Of a stretch of DNA of 64,000 nucleotides, positions 62,991-64,000 are shown in pieces. The number at the start of each line of letters is the position of its first letter. The stretch's first letter is position 1. The stretch lies in the NCBI GenBank assembly GCA_024137785.1, contig JAHRHZ010000021.1, positions 21,588,632 through 21,652,631 of the forward strand, read 5' to 3'. The notes below the pieces were generated by a model. It worked only from the letters and a program-made list of their open reading frames with translations. It ran no database searches and was not told the DNA's origin. Source of the stretch: Ginglymostoma cirratum (lineage: Eukaryota). The position numbers and the translations under genes were made by a program.

Positions 62991-64000
62991 GTTACCTCCG
63001 GATTCACAAACCAGAAATCAGCCTGGTGGCGTGTTCGCAACTGCTACAGGAAATGCAGTCTTATGTTTATTTATTGCTGAATTAAAAATCTACTTCGGCA
63101 AGTCAAACAATAAACGTATTACAATAAACAGCATGGGAAAATCTTTTTCCATGTCATTTCCTGACAAAGCACTGTTCCATATATATCAAATTTAGGCATG
63201 CATGTATTAGAAGCCTTTAGGTGTAGTTGGGTTTTTTTTAATCTGACCAGGAAGTATATAGCTAGATCTGCAGCTTGCAGCATTACAGGAGGGGTTGTAG
63301 CTGTTTAGAATTATTATTACAACCTTATCAGTGTGAATAGCCTTGAAAATGTTTTTTGGCATGATTGGAATGCAAATGTTTCCAAAAAGAACTCTGCTTA
63401 GGTAGCTTCAGAATTACATTCCATTTTATGTATATCAATATAAAGCTATGATGTTACGGAGGGCATTCATTCAATTAATGAAATAAGGAATTGGAAAACT
63501 ACATTGCCTAATATAATATAACACATCAGAAAATGTTGAAACGAGTTAACATATAGAAAGCAAAAGTAACACAAGGAAATGTAAGTGTACTCAGATATTA
63601 AATGCATCCTAGTAACAAGCTACAATGTGTAGCAAAGATCCACAGCATATCACTATAGCAACAGCCTAAGATGAGTCAAGAAAGTCAAAGACTGATTCAC
63701 AATTATGTAAATTCTTCTGAGTGGGCAATCGATCATAGAACTGGCGTTATCTGATTAATCTATGGACATTGTTTGGGTCAAGTCTTAGAGCTCATTTAGC
63801 TGTGTGGTGAATTTTAAGCAATGAAGGAATTTTCCAATGCATTTTTTCCGTTTTTTTCAAATTTGTTTACCTTTGTGTGAACAGCAAAAATAGCACTATA
63901 TACTTGGCCCGTCCATCATGTAACATAAATTCATTTCAACAGGATGAGCCTTTACAGAAAATGTACTATTAATGGCACTTTGCTAGACTATTTCATAACT

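Overview
This is eukaryotic (vertebrate) non-coding DNA, very likely from a cartilaginous fish (shark), judged from HE1-type V-SINEs together with CR1, Penelope and Harbinger families. I could not support any host protein-coding exon, so the window reads as intergenic or deep-intronic. Nearly every recognisable ORF is a decayed transposable element: CR1, L2, RTE and Tx1 LINEs, Penelope-like elements whose pseudo-LTRs (pLTRs) carry minimal hammerhead-ribozyme motifs, tRNA-derived SINEs, Harbinger and hAT transposase remnants, and a Gypsy fragment. There is one 400-N gap. The most striking structure is at 17.85-19.47 kb: five mutually diverged, differently 5'-truncated Tx1 3' ends plus one SINE, arranged head-to-tail. 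Each is followed by an A-tract and the same ~13-bp motif GAGCTGGCTTCAT, as expected from repeated sequence-specific retrotransposition into one self-regenerating target. Also notable are two perfect palindromes (one spanning the gap with a flipped loop), an 89-bp inverted repeat, and a 61-bp hairpin repeated 5.8 kb apart. All family calls come from motif recognition by eye; no database search was run and most element boundaries are approximate. TSD = target-site duplication; TIR = terminal inverted repeat.
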